From the NCBI GenBank assembly GCA_963823555.1, contig CAWGMA010000004.1:288001-352000 (forward strand): 64,000 nt of DNA, read 5' to 3'. This stretch comes from Candidatus Eiseniibacteriota bacterium (GTDB lineage: Bacteria > Eisenbacteria > RBG-16-71-46 > CAVPCR01). Of this stretch, positions 40,536 through 51,710 are shown in pieces. Below the pieces are notes generated by a model, which did no database searches, was not told the origin of the DNA, and saw only the letters and a list, made by a program, of their open reading frames with translations. The translations under genes were made by a program, and so were the position numbers. Numbering within the stretch: position 1 is the stretch's first letter; each line of letters begins with the position of its first letter.

Positions 40536-42008
40536 ATGAGACCGCTGGTCCGGTTCTTGGATGATTCCCTCATCGAGAGCATCGTGGGCGAGGCGCGCGA
40601 TCTCCTCGCGACCCTCGGGGTCGAGATCCATAACCCGGGCATCCTCTCCATGCTCGCCGAGCACGGCGCCCGGGTGGATATGGGCAAGAGCCGCGTCTAC
40701 CTCGCGGCCGATCTCATCGACCGCGCGCTCTCGACCGCCCCGCGCTCCTTCCAGGTCTACGACGTCCTCGGCCGGGAGGCGCTCGATCTCTCCGGTGCCA
40801 ACGTGCATTTCACCCCCGGCTCGGCGGCGATCAACATCCTCGACCATGCCACGGGCCAGATCCGCAAGCCGACGACCGCCGATGTCATCGACTACGCGCA
40901 GGTCGTGAACGAGCTCACGCACCTGGCTTCACAGGCGACGGCGCTCATCCCGAGCGACGTGCCCGAGCGGATCTCGGACAGCTACCGGCTCTTCCTGAGC
41001 CTCCTCGTCGGCGAGAAGCCGGTGGTGACGGGCGCTTTCACCATCGACGCCTTCAACATCATGCGCGATCTCCAGCTTGCCGTGCGCGGATCGAAAGAGG
41101 CGCTCAGGGAGAAACCGCTCACCATCTTCTCCTGCTGTCCGACAGCGCCTCTCAAGTGGAGCGATGTCACATCGCAGAACGTCATCGACTGCGCGACCTA
41201 CGCGATCCCGGTCGAGTTCATCTCGATGCCGCTCTCGGGATTCGTGGCGCCGGTGACGCTCGTCGGCACTCTCGTGCAGCACACCGCCGAGACCCTGAGC
41301 GGACTTGTCCTGAGCCAGCTCACGCGGCCGGGCGCGCCCATCCTCTACGGTGGATCCCCGGCCATCTTCGATGTCCGCTACGAGACGACCCCGATGGGCG
41401 CCATCGAGACCATGATGGTGGACTGCGCCTACAACGAGATCGGGAAACACCTGGGATTGCCCACGCAGGCCTACATCGGTCTGAGCGATGCCAAGCAGCT
41501 CGATGCCCAGGCCGGTCTCGAAGCGTCGACCGGAGCCACGCTGGCCGCGCTCTCCGGGATCAACAACGTCTCGGGTCCGGGGATGCTCGATTTCGAGAGC
41601 TGTCTCTCCCTCGAGACCCTCGTCCTCGACAACGAGATCTGCGGGATGGCGCTCCGCATGGTGCGGGGCATCGAGCCGCGCGAGGACTTCCCGTCCCGCC
41701 CCCGGTTCGAGGAGCTGCTCGCGGATCAGCACCTCCTCATCTCCAAGCACACGCGCCGTTACCTGAAGGAGGAGCACTATCTCCCCGGCCGCGTCATCGA
41801 TCGCGCGAACCGCTCGCGCTGGCAGGAGGAAGGGGGTCTGACGCTCGGCGAACGCGCCCATCGCGAGGTCGAGCGCCTGATCGCCGCCTATCGCCCCTCG
41901 GCCCTGCCTGCGGACATCCAGAGCGACATGGCGGATCGCATGCAGCACGAGGCCGGACGCTTCGGGATGAGCCGGCTCCCGCACGTGGATCTATGGCCGA
42001 AGTCGTGA
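40536..42008 (+). CDS. MttB-superfamily methyltransferase, non-pyrrolysine (MtgB-like)
   Basis: PL.W, APVTL.GTLVQ..AE.L.G, PG.PI.YG, SDAK..DAQAG.E, GML....S.E.LVLDNE. No in-frame TAG. Confidence 0.9.
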   Translation: MRPLVRFLDDSLIESIVGEARDLLATLGVEIHNPGILSMLAEHGARVDMGKSRVYLAADLIDRALSTAPRSFQVYDVLGREALDLSGANVHFTPGSAAINILDHATGQIRKPTTADVIDYAQVVNELTHLASQATALIPSDVPERISDSYRLFLSLLVGEKPVVTGAFTIDAFNIMRDLQLAVRGSKEALREKPLTIFSCCPTAPLKWSDVTSQNVIDCATYAIPVEFISMPLSGFVAPVTLVGTLVQHTAETLSGLVLSQLTRPGAPILYGGSPAIFDVRYETTPMGAIETMMVDCAYNEIGKHLGLPTQAYIGLSDAKQLDAQAGLEASTGATLAALSGINNVSGPGMLDFESCLSLETLVLDNEICGMALRMVRGIEPREDFPSRPRFEELLADQHLLISKHTRRYLKEEHYLPGRVIDRANRSRWQEEGGLTLGERAHREVERLIAAYRPSALPADIQSDMADRMQHEAGRFGMSRLPHVDLWPKS

Positions 42009-42706
42009 CCCTCTCCTTCGCCGAGGCGGCTCCCGCCCGGGATCACGTGCTCGAGCAGCAGGGCATCCCGGCTGGCCAATCGCTGTCCGCGAAGGTCACG
42101 CGGATCCTCGATGACTCGTGCGTTCTCCTCGAACGCCTGGCGTCGCCCCGCGGCATCATTGGCGAGATCTCGATCGCCGACTTCGCGACCGTCTATGCGG
42201 GCGAGGGTCAGAACGAGCCGGTTACGCCGGTGGGGGATATCTACTTCCGTGCCGATCGTCTCGCCCTCTTCGCGGTGACCCTCGGGGAGGAGGTGAGCGC
42301 GGAGATCCGGAGCCGGTTCGAGAACGGCGATTTCGCCTTCGCGAGCATGCTCGATGCGGCGGCCTCGGTCGCCGCCGACAACCTGGCCGAGGCGCTCGAG
42401 CGGCGCGCGATCGCCTGGCTGTCCGTGGGTGGGGCGGAGGATCCGTACCCCGCGGTCCTCCGCTACAGCCCCGGCTATTGCGGCTGGCACGTGAGCGGCC
42501 AGCGGCAGCTCTTCGCCTATCTCGAGCCGGAGCGCATCGGCATCACGCTCGGCGAGAGCTGCCTCATGCAGCCGCTCAAGTCCGTATCCGGAGTCCTGAT
42601 CGCCGGACCGCGAGAGATCCACCTTTTCAAGGACGCCTATCCATTCTGTGCGCAGTGCGAGACGCGCGGATGCCGGGAGCGGATCCGGGCGCTCTACACC
42701 AGCTGA
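41993..42706 (+). CDS. Methionine synthase B12-reactivation-domain-like protein
   Basis: FAVTLG, DA.AS..A, RYSPGYCGW...Q, IGITL.ES.LM.P.KSVSG, C-terminal CAQC...C. Confidence 0.85.
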   Translation: MAEVVTLSFAEAAPARDHVLEQQGIPAGQSLSAKVTRILDDSCVLLERLASPRGIIGEISIADFATVYAGEGQNEPVTPVGDIYFRADRLALFAVTLGEEVSAEIRSRFENGDFAFASMLDAAASVAADNLAEALERRAIAWLSVGGAEDPYPAVLRYSPGYCGWHVSGQRQLFAYLEPERIGITLGESCLMQPLKSVSGVLIAGPREIHLFKDAYPFCAQCETRGCRERIRALYTS

Positions 42707-42747
42707 GGAAGCGAGAGCCGTCGCGAAAGGCGACGAGGAGCGAGACA

Positions 42748-43383
42748 GTGAACGTGCTCGACGAGATCTCGGAGCACCTCCGGCGTGGGGATGACGCCGA
42801 GGTGAAGGAACTCACCCGCGAGGCGATCCGGCAGGGGATCGAGACCAAGAAGATCCTGGATGAGGGCCTGATCGCCGGCATGGCCGTCGTCGGCGAGCAA
42901 TTCAAGGCCCATGAGATCTTCCTCCCCGAGGTCCTGCTCTCGGCGCGGGCGATGTACGCCGGCATGGAGGAGCTGAAGCCGCTCCTCGTGAAGGAGGGGG
43001 TCCCCGCTCTCGGTCGTGTCGTGATCGGCTCGGTTCAGGGCGACCTCCACGACATCGGCAAGAACCTCGTGGGCATCATGCTCAAGGGCGCCGGGTACGA
43101 GGTCATCGATCTCGGCAACGACGTCGCCCCGGAGCGTTTCATTTCGACCGCCATCGAGCACGACGCCGGCATCATCGGCATGTCGGCGCTCCTGACGACG
43201 ACGATGCCGGTGATGAAGAAGGTGGTCACCCTCGCCCGGGAGCAAGGCGGAGGCCGGATCAAGACGATCGTCGGCGGCGCCCCGCTCTCGGCGGCGTTCG
43301 CCCGCGAGATCGGCGCCGATGCCTATGGCTACGACGCGGCCAACGCCGTCGATCAGGTGAAGATGCTGGTCAGGAGCCGGTAG
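42748..43383 (+). CDS. Corrinoid (cobalamin-binding) protein
   Basis: GLIAGM..VG..F...IFLPEVL cap, GDLHDIGKNLV, SALLTTT, VGGAP. Confidence 0.93.
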   Translation: MNVLDEISEHLRRGDDAEVKELTREAIRQGIETKKILDEGLIAGMAVVGEQFKAHEIFLPEVLLSARAMYAGMEELKPLLVKEGVPALGRVVIGSVQGDLHDIGKNLVGIMLKGAGYEVIDLGNDVAPERFISTAIEHDAGIIGMSALLTTTMPVMKKVVTLAREQGGGRIKTIVGGAPLSAAFAREIGADAYGYDAANAVDQVKMLVRSR

Positions 43384-43416
43384 GCGCGCGAGGCTGCCGC
43401 GGTGACGACAGGGACG

Positions 43417-44301
43417 ATGGCATTTCTCGACCGGTTGCAACGGGGAGACGTGCTCGTGGGGGACGGAGCCATGGGAACGATGCTCCTCCACCATGGGCTC
43501 GGTGCGGGAGAGTGCCCCGAAGCCCTCAACCTCGCGCGCCCGGAGATCCTCGAAAGGATCGCGGCCGCCTACCTCGAGGCGGGGGCGGATGTCATCCAGA
43601 CCAACACCTTCGGCGGCACTGCGCTCAAGCTCGCGGCCTACGGTCTGGCCGAGAGGGCCGATGAGATCAATCGCCTCGCCGTCGGCGCCGTGCGCACGGC
43701 GGTCGGCGATCGCGCCGCCATCTCCGGATCGTGCGGGCCCACCGCCAGGCTCCTCCAGCCCTACGGCGACGCCACACCGGAGGAAGTGGGGGAGAGCTTT
43801 CGCGCCCAGATGACGACCCTCATCACGGCGGGCGTGGATGTCATCTGCGTCGAGACCATGACCGATCTCGCCGAGGCCGCCCTCGCTGTGCGTGTCGCGA
43901 AGGAGGTCTCGCCGACAACACCGGTCCTCGCCACGATGACCTTCGATCCCACGCCGCGTGGCTTCTACACGATCATGGGGGTCACGATCGAGCAGGCGGC
44001 CGCCGGGCTCGTCGCGGCGGGGGCGGATGTCGTGGGCTCGAACTGCGGGAACGGGATCGAGCGTATGGTCGAGATCGCGCGTGTGTTTCGCCAGTGCACC
44101 GATCGTCCCCTCATCATTCAATCGAACGCCGGTCTCCCCGAATCGCGTGACGGGGAGCTCGTCTACAAGGAGACGCCGGAGTTCATGGCCGAGAAGGCCG
44201 CCGAGCTCCTCGCGATCGGGGTCTCGGTGATCGGCGGTTGCTGCGGCACCACGCCGGACCACGTCCGGGCGCTGCGCGCTCTGGTGGACGCGCAGCGGTG
44301 A
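43417..44301 (+). CDS. Stand-alone homocysteine S-methyltransferase domain protein
   Basis: DGAMGT, YLEAGAD.I.TNTFG, G.NCG, NAGLP, IGGCCGTTP.H zinc ligands. Confidence 0.92.
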   Translation: MAFLDRLQRGDVLVGDGAMGTMLLHHGLGAGECPEALNLARPEILERIAAAYLEAGADVIQTNTFGGTALKLAAYGLAERADEINRLAVGAVRTAVGDRAAISGSCGPTARLLQPYGDATPEEVGESFRAQMTTLITAGVDVICVETMTDLAEAALAVRVAKEVSPTTPVLATMTFDPTPRGFYTIMGVTIEQAAAGLVAAGADVVGSNCGNGIERMVEIARVFRQCTDRPLIIQSNAGLPESRDGELVYKETPEFMAEKAAELLAIGVSVIGGCCGTTPDHVRALRALVDAQR

Positions 44302-44341
44302 TCGTGTGGCGCCGGCGGTCGCGCCGGCGCCCGGCGCCCGA

Positions 44342-47206
44342 TCAGCGGGACCGCGGGGCCGCGGTTTCCCGCCCTGCCGGCCTGGGGGGCCCTTCCTCCT
44401 GCCGCTTGAGCTCGCGGAGGATCTTCTCGGGCGTGATCGGGAGCTCGGTCACCCGCACCCCGCAGGCATCGTAGATGGCGTTGGCGATGGCGCCGAGGAC
44501 GGGGAGGAGGGAGCCTTCGCCGATCTCCTTGGCGCCGAAGGGGCCGCGTGGCTCGTAGCTCTCGACGGCGGCGCTCACGATCGCCGGCGTGTCGCCGATC
44601 GTCGGGATCAGGTAGTCGTGGAGGTTGGGATTGGCGATCGTTCCCTTCGGCGTCATCACCATGTCCTCGAGGAGCGTCTCCCCGAGCCCCATGATGATCG
44701 CTCCCTCCACCTGCCCATGGAAGGCGGCCGGGTTGATGACCGTCCCCGCGTCGCTCGAGTCGACGAAGCGATCGACCGTGACGTAGCCCGTCTCGAGATC
44801 GACCGTGACCTCGCAGACGGCGGTCGAGAAGCTGTAGGCGGGCGAGGTGCCGACCGTCCCGCCCTTGAAGTCGCCGCCGAGCCCGGCGGGCGGCGAATAG
44901 TAGCCGGTGCCGACGACCGGCCCGCCCTTGCCGAAGGCGCGTCGCGCCGCCTCGTCCCAGTCCATCGCCACTTCCGGGCGCGCGGCGATGAAGATCTTGC
45001 CGTTCCGTGCCGCGAGGGTGCTCGCAGACTCCCCCAGCTCCGCCGCCGCGACCGCGAGGAGCTGCGCCTTGACGTGGGCGGCCGCCATCTTGACCGCGTT
45101 CCCGCCCATGAGCGTGACCCGGCTCGAGTAGGAGCCGAGATCGAGCGGACTCAGGACCGAATCGCAATCCACGAGCCACACCCAGTGGTAGGGGATGCCC
45201 AGTTCCTCGGCGGCGATCTGGGTGAGCACGGTATCGGAACCCTGACCGATGTCGGCGGCAGCGATGTGGAGCGAAACGGCGCTCCCGCTCTCGTCGACGC
45301 GGATCACCGCGTTCGAGTGCGGGAACTGGGAGCGATAGATCGGATAGCCGGCGCCCGATACGAAGCCGCCGCAGCCGACGCCGATCCCCCTGCCGCGCGC
45401 GAGCTTGCCCTTCTTCTCGCGCCACCGTGACTCCTTCTCCGCCCGCGCCAGCGTGGCCTCGAACTCGCAGGAGCCGATGTCGAGCGCGTTACAGGTACGC
45501 GTGTTGGGCTTCATCGCGTTCCGCCGGCGGATCTCGAACGGGTCGAGGCCGAGATCCTCGGCGATCATGTCGAGGAGCGACTCGAAGGCGAACCGCGGCT
45601 GCGGCACGCCATGCCCGCGGAAGGCGCCGCTCGCCGGCCGGTTGGTGAACACGCGATAGCCGTCGTACTTGTAGTTCTCCATCCGGTAGAGAGTCGGGAT
45701 CATGGATCCGGCGTAGTATGCCGTGATCACGCCGAAGGACGTGTAGGCGCCGCCATCGAGGACGATCCGCGACTGGACGGCGGTGATCGCACCGTCGCGC
45801 TTGACGCCGATCTTGAGATCCATGTGCTGCTTGTGACGCCCGCGGAAGTGATGGAACATCTCCTCGCGCGTGTACTTCATCATGACCGGTCGTCCGGTCC
45901 GGCGGGCGAGGATCGCCGCACAGAGATCGAGCGGTGTCGTCTCCGCCTTTCCCCCGAAGCCGCCCCCTACAGCCGGCTTGATGACGCGGATCCGCCCCAT
46001 CGGGATATCGAGGACGCGGGCGAGCATGTGCCTGAGGTAGTGCGGGACCTGGGTCGCGGACCACAGGGTGAGCTTGTGGCCATGGTGCTCCCAGCGGGCG
46101 AGTGCGGCGTGCGGTTCGATCGGGCTCTGGTAGGTGCGGTTGCCGGTGAAGCGCCCCTCGCGGATATGATCCGCGGCGGCGAAGCCCTCATCCACGTTCC
46201 CGAAGTGCCATTCGACCCGCGTGTTGATGTTGTGAGCGAAGCGCGGATCGTCGGGATGGATCTCGGGTGCCCCCTCCGTCATCGCCTCCTCGGCGTCGAA
46301 GACCGCCGGCAACTCCTCGTAGTCGACCTCGATCAGGCTCAAGGCCGCCTCCGCCGTTTCCTCGTCGATCGCGGCCACCGCGGCCACCTCGTCGCCCACG
46401 TAGCGCACGCGCTCCTTGGCGAGCACGTGCTCGTCGTAGCGCGCGGGGCTCACGCCGTAGCGTGTGTCGGGGACATCGGCGCCGGTGATGACGGCGAGGA
46501 CGCCGGGGAGTGAGCGCGCCTTCTCGACATCGATGCGGCGGATGAGGCCGTGCGCGATCGGGCTAGTGAGAATGCGGCCATAGATCATGCCCGAGAGATG
46601 GATGTCGGCCGTGTACTTGGCCCGCCCGCTCACCTTGTCCGGCGCGTCATAGCGAGTCACGGCGTGGCTCACGACCGCAAGATCGCGTTCCTGGTCGCGC
46701 TCGGCGGTGGACAGGGGGTGGGTGTCGAACTCGACTTCCGCGAACCGCCGCCAGTCCTGGATGGCGGCGATGATCCGGGGATACGTGCCGCACCGGCAGA
46801 GATTCCCGCCGAGAGCCGCCCGGATGTCCTCCTCTGTCGGCTCGGGGATGCGATCGATGAGAGCCTTTGCGGCCATCATCATGCCCGGTGTGCAGTAGCC
46901 GCACTGGAGCGCGGCGTGCTTGACGAAGGACTTCTGCAGGGCGTGGAGGTCGCCGTCCGCCGCCAGGCCTTCGATGGTGGTGATCGCGCTGCCGTCGGTC
47001 TCGACCGCGAGCACGAGACAGGCGTTCACCGGGCGTCCGTCGACGAGGACCGTGCAAGCCCCGCAGTCGCCCATGCCGCAGCCTTCCTTGGTGCCGGTGA
47101 GATGGAGCTCATCGCGGAGCGCCTTGAGCAAGGTGGTGCTGGGTTTCACGGCCAGCGCGTGACTCCGGCCGTTGACGTGGAGCGTGATCACCCTGGCGTC
47201 GGTCAT
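44342..47206 (-). CDS. Xanthine dehydrogenase-family molybdoenzyme with fused 2x[2Fe-2S] and Mo subunits (HcrA-like)
   Basis: [65 protein letters not shown]. Confidence 0.9.
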   Translation of the reverse strand: MTDARVITLHVNGRSHALAVKPSTTLLKALRDELHLTGTKEGCGMGDCGACTVLVDGRPVNACLVLAVETDGSAITTIEGLAADGDLHALQKSFVKHAALQCGYCTPGMMMAAKALIDRIPEPTEEDIRAALGGNLCRCGTYPRIIAAIQDWRRFAEVEFDTHPLSTAERDQERDLAVVSHAVTRYDAPDKVSGRAKYTADIHLSGMIYGRILTSPIAHGLIRRIDVEKARSLPGVLAVITGADVPDTRYGVSPARYDEHVLAKERVRYVGDEVAAVAAIDEETAEAALSLIEVDYEELPAVFDAEEAMTEGAPEIHPDDPRFAHNINTRVEWHFGNVDEGFAAADHIREGRFTGNRTYQSPIEPHAALARWEHHGHKLTLWSATQVPHYLRHMLARVLDIPMGRIRVIKPAVGGGFGGKAETTPLDLCAAILARRTGRPVMMKYTREEMFHHFRGRHKQHMDLKIGVKRDGAITAVQSRIVLDGGAYTSFGVITAYYAGSMIPTLYRMENYKYDGYRVFTNRPASGAFRGHGVPQPRFAFESLLDMIAEDLGLDPFEIRRRNAMKPNTRTCNALDIGSCEFEATLARAEKESRWREKKGKLARGRGIGVGCGGFVSGAGYPIYRSQFPHSNAVIRVDESGSAVSLHIAAADIGQGSDTVLTQIAAEELGIPYHWVWLVDCDSVLSPLDLGSYSSRVTLMGGNAVKMAAAHVKAQLLAVAAAELGESASTLAARNGKIFIAARPEVAMDWDEAARRAFGKGGPVVGTGYYSPPAGLGGDFKGGTVGTSPAYSFSTAVCEVTVDLETGYVTVDRFVDSSDAGTVINPAAFHGQVEGAIIMGLGETLLEDMVMTPKGTIANPNLHDYLIPTIGDTPAIVSAAVESYEPRGPFGAKEIGEGSLLPVLGAIANAIYDACGVRVTELPITPEKILRELKRQEEGPPRPAGRETAAPRSR

Positions 47207-48093
47207 GCTCGTGGCTCCCGGTTCGTCTTTCGTGCGCGCGCGAGGGCGGCGGCGAGCGCGCGTCGTGTCAGGACCTCGACGAGCTCGCGTCGATACTCCG
47301 CCGAGCCGCGGATATCCGAGATCGGCATCGCTTCGGCGGCGGCGGCGCGGGCGGCGGTCGCGAAGAGGGCGGTCGAGGTGCGGTGGCCGGTGAGCTCTCC
47401 GGCCGCTTCAGTGGCGAGGAGCGGAATGGGGGCGACCGCCCCGAGCGCGATGCGCGCATCGCGGATCTCGTCGCCTGCCATGACGAGCCGTGCCGCGACC
47501 GAGGCCACGGCCAGGGCCGACCCCGAGCGGAGGGCGAAGCGCTGGTAGGAAGTACCCGAGTGCTCGGGCTGGGCGGGAATCACGACCGCGGCGAGCATGT
47601 CCCCGTGATGGAGCACGGTCTGCCGCGGGCCGGTGAAGAACGCCTCCGCCTTGACCGTCCACTCCTTGCCGTCGCGGGCGAGGAGGAGCTCGGCTTCACC
47701 GACGAGGCAGGCCGGAGGGAGATCGGCGCAGGGGACCGCGCGGCAGAAGTTGCCGCCGATCGTCCCCTGGTGGCGGATCTGCGGGCCGCCGATCACGGCG
47801 GCCGCCTCGGCGAGGAGCGGGAAGGCGCGATGGACTTCGGGTGAGCGCGCGATGTCCTCGAGCCGGGCCATGGCTCCGACATGGAGCGCGCCGCCCTCGC
47901 TCCTGATCGCGGCCAGTTCGGGAATGTCGCGGAGCGCGATCACATGCTGGGCGCTATCACGTCCGCGCTTGAAGTCGGGGAGCAGCTCGGTGCCGCCGGC
48001 GAGGAAGACCGCCGATTCCCCGAGCTTGGTCGCCATGATCGAGGCCTCGGCGACGGTGCGCGGCCGGTGATAGGCGAAGTCCGTGATAGGCAT
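47203..48093 (-). CDS. FAD-binding medium subunit (CoxM/XdhB-like)
   Basis: LAGGTEL, QIR..GTIGGN, A.PISD.RGSA.YR; no Cys-rich 4Fe-4S insert. Confidence 0.9.
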   Translation of the reverse strand: MPITDFAYHRPRTVAEASIMATKLGESAVFLAGGTELLPDFKRGRDSAQHVIALRDIPELAAIRSEGGALHVGAMARLEDIARSPEVHRAFPLLAEAAAVIGGPQIRHQGTIGGNFCRAVPCADLPPACLVGEAELLLARDGKEWTVKAEAFFTGPRQTVLHHGDMLAAVVIPAQPEHSGTSYQRFALRSGSALAVASVAARLVMAGDEIRDARIALGAVAPIPLLATEAAGELTGHRTSTALFATAARAAAAEAMPISDIRGSAEYRRELVEVLTRRALAAALARARKTNREPRA

Positions 48094-48128
48094 CGTGGTC
48101 CTGCCGGTGGTGCGACGCGGGTCGCTGA

Positions 48129-49438
<1,310 letters not shown>

Positions 49439-49452
49439 GCTCGTCCTCCGCT

Positions 49453-51465
49453 CTACTCGTGCAGGAAGGCCGCCGGCACGCGCGGGCCGTTCTGGATGAA
49501 GTTCTTCATGCCGATGTCGTAGTCGACCGTCTGCTTGCAGCGCGGCGAAGCCCTCGGCCTCGACCTCGCAGACCCTCGGCGAGCGGCTCGGCCAGGCCCG
49601 TCGCGCATCGACGTCGACCAGGATGCGCGTCGATGGCCAGCGAGTGGTGGCCGATGTCGACCGCCGGCAGCTCGGTCGGGCACCGCCATCGGCTCGGGGT
49701 CGACCGGCGCGAGCTTCGACCTTGCCGGCGAGGTGCTGCGCGGATCAGCTCCTTGGCCGCGGCCGACCGGGTCGTCGGCCGGCTCGCCGGTGGCCCAGCC
49801 CCAGCGCGCAGGCCTCCTTGGCGCCGACCGGCCGGCCGGTGCGCAGCAGGTCGAGCGCCGCGCTCGAGGCCGATCAGCCGCGGCAGTCGCTGCGTGCCGC
49901 CGTAGCCGGGGATGATGCCCAGGTTGACCTCGGGCTGGCCGAGCATCAGGTTCGTGCCCGACCACGCGCGCGTGGCAGGCCATCGAGAGCTCGGCGCCGC
50001 CGCCGAGCACCGGGCCGTCGACGGCGGCGACCACCGGCTTCGTCATGCGCGGCGATGCGCGTCGAGCACGGCCTGGCCGCGGCAGGCACTTGGCCTCGCG
50101 CCTCCTCCGGCGTCTTGCAGCGCCGCCAGCTCCGTTGATGTCGGCGCCGGCCAGCGCGCCGTCGAAGCTGGTGAGCACGATGCCCCTGCACCGCGTCGTC
50201 GGCGCTCGAGCTCGTCGAAGGCGTCGCTCGAGCTCCGCGCATCGTCTGCGTCGTTGAGCGCGTTCTTCACCTCGGGCCGCTAGATGCGTGACGACGGCGA
50301 TGTCGCCGTCGCGGCTCGACCTTGACGTTGCGGTAGAACGTCGACGAGCTTCTTCGTCGCGCGATGCTCGTCGGCACCTCGAAGCCCGGGTGCTCGGCGG
50401 CGTAGGCCGTGCAGATCTCGTGCACGCGCTCGGCGCCCAGCTCCTCGGCCAGATCGAGCAGGCCCTTGCGGAAGCCCAGGGCCGTTGCGCGTCAGCCAGT
50501 TGAGCTCGCGCCGGGTCGCAGATGCTCGTTGTCGACGACGAAGTAGGTGCGGCCGAGGAGCACCGCCAGGATGCGGTCGAGGACCTTCTTGCGCCAGCGC
50601 CTCGTCGTGGCGTCGGGTCGCCGGGGTTCTTGCGGTCGTGCCAGGGCGTGTTGCGCCTGCTTCGCGAAGATCGGCGGGCGGCGCGAACCAGTCGCTGCCG
50701 GTCGGGCGCCTCCTGCATCAGCTCCAGGCAGTGCACGTTGAGCAGGTTGCCGCGCGTCAGGTCCATGCACGTTGAACGGCCCGCCGCCGCCGATGGCGTC
50801 GTTGACGATCTTGTCGACCTGGGCCGGCGTGGCCATGCCCTCGGCGACGATGCGCGCCGCCTCGGCGCAGTAGTTGCAGAAGATGTCGTCGGCGGCGAAG
50901 CAGGGCACGTCGGCGGTGACGACGGGCACCTTGCCCAGCGTCTTCAGCGTGTCGAGCATGCGCGCGCTCGAAGCGCCTCGTCGTCCGGAGAGCACGACCT
51001 CGATCGGGCAGCGCGCGCCAGGCCGGGAAGAACGGGTGGTTGACGAAGCAGCGCTCCGGGTGCCTGGCCTCGGCGGCGATCTGCGCGCGCGGGATGCCCG
51101 AGGTGGCGAAGCCGATCAGGCAGTCGGGGCGCACGACCTCCTCGAGCTTCGCGAGGATCGCCTGCTTGATCGGCGAGATCCTCGGTGGCCGCCTCGAGCA
51201 CGTAGTCGCAGTCGGCGAGGTCCTCGAGCTCGAGCGTCGGGACGAGACCGCCCTCGATGGCGGCGGCGACCTTCGGGCTCAGCTTGCCGCGCGCGAGCCC
51301 CTTGTCGACGTAGCCCTGGATGCGCTCACGCCCGCGTCGAGCGCCTCCTGGCTGGATGTCGAGCAGGTAGACCGTTCCGCCTTCGCCCTTGGCGAGCGCG
51401 GAGACGAACCCGTAGGCCAGGTCGGGACCGATCGATCCCGAGCCGATCACGCCGACGTTCATCAT
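49453..51465 (-). pseudogene. Bifunctional 3-hydroxyacyl-CoA dehydrogenase/enoyl-CoA hydratase (HAD then ECH order), multiply frameshifted as assembled
   Basis: VGVIGSGSIG, LEAATEDL, ATSG, NHPFFPAW; then AGADI, KPVVAAVDGPVLGGGAEL, QPEVNLGIIPGYGGTQRLPRLIG. Confidence 0.75.
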
Positions 51466-51636
51466 CAGACTCCTTTCAGAGATGAGATGACGGCGTGGAA
51501 GCCACGCGCGTTGGGGCAGGGAGGTTTTCAGGCGCCAGGATGGGGCTTCGAGGCTACCCCACACCGCCTGTCGGTCGCAAGCGCTGGCGCGGGTCCCGGT
51601 TGTGAAGCGACGAAGCCAGCGGGCTGGCAGCAAAGG

Positions 51637-51665
51637 GAAGGGGGGACCCGCAGGGTCCCCCCTTC
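51637..51665 (-). terminator. Rho-independent terminator-like hairpin after the PKD gene
   Basis: GAAGGGGGGACCC-GCA-GGGTCCCCCCTTC, 13-bp perfect stem with only a short T run on the minus strand. Confidence 0.6.
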
Positions 51666-51710
51666 ATTCTTCCCCGGCGTCAGCCGCCGGGTCCGCCTGG
51701 CGGGATGCTT

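Noticed and set aside
40536..42008. Pyrrolysine-containing trimethylamine methyltransferase
   Set aside because: The ORF is continuous with no in-frame TAG, and no pyl genes are in the window.
44342..47206. Aerobic CO dehydrogenase CoxL or true 4-hydroxybenzoyl-CoA reductase
   Set aside because: The active-site loop is AFRGHG, not AYxCSFR, and the FAD subunit lacks the HcrB 4Fe-4S insert.
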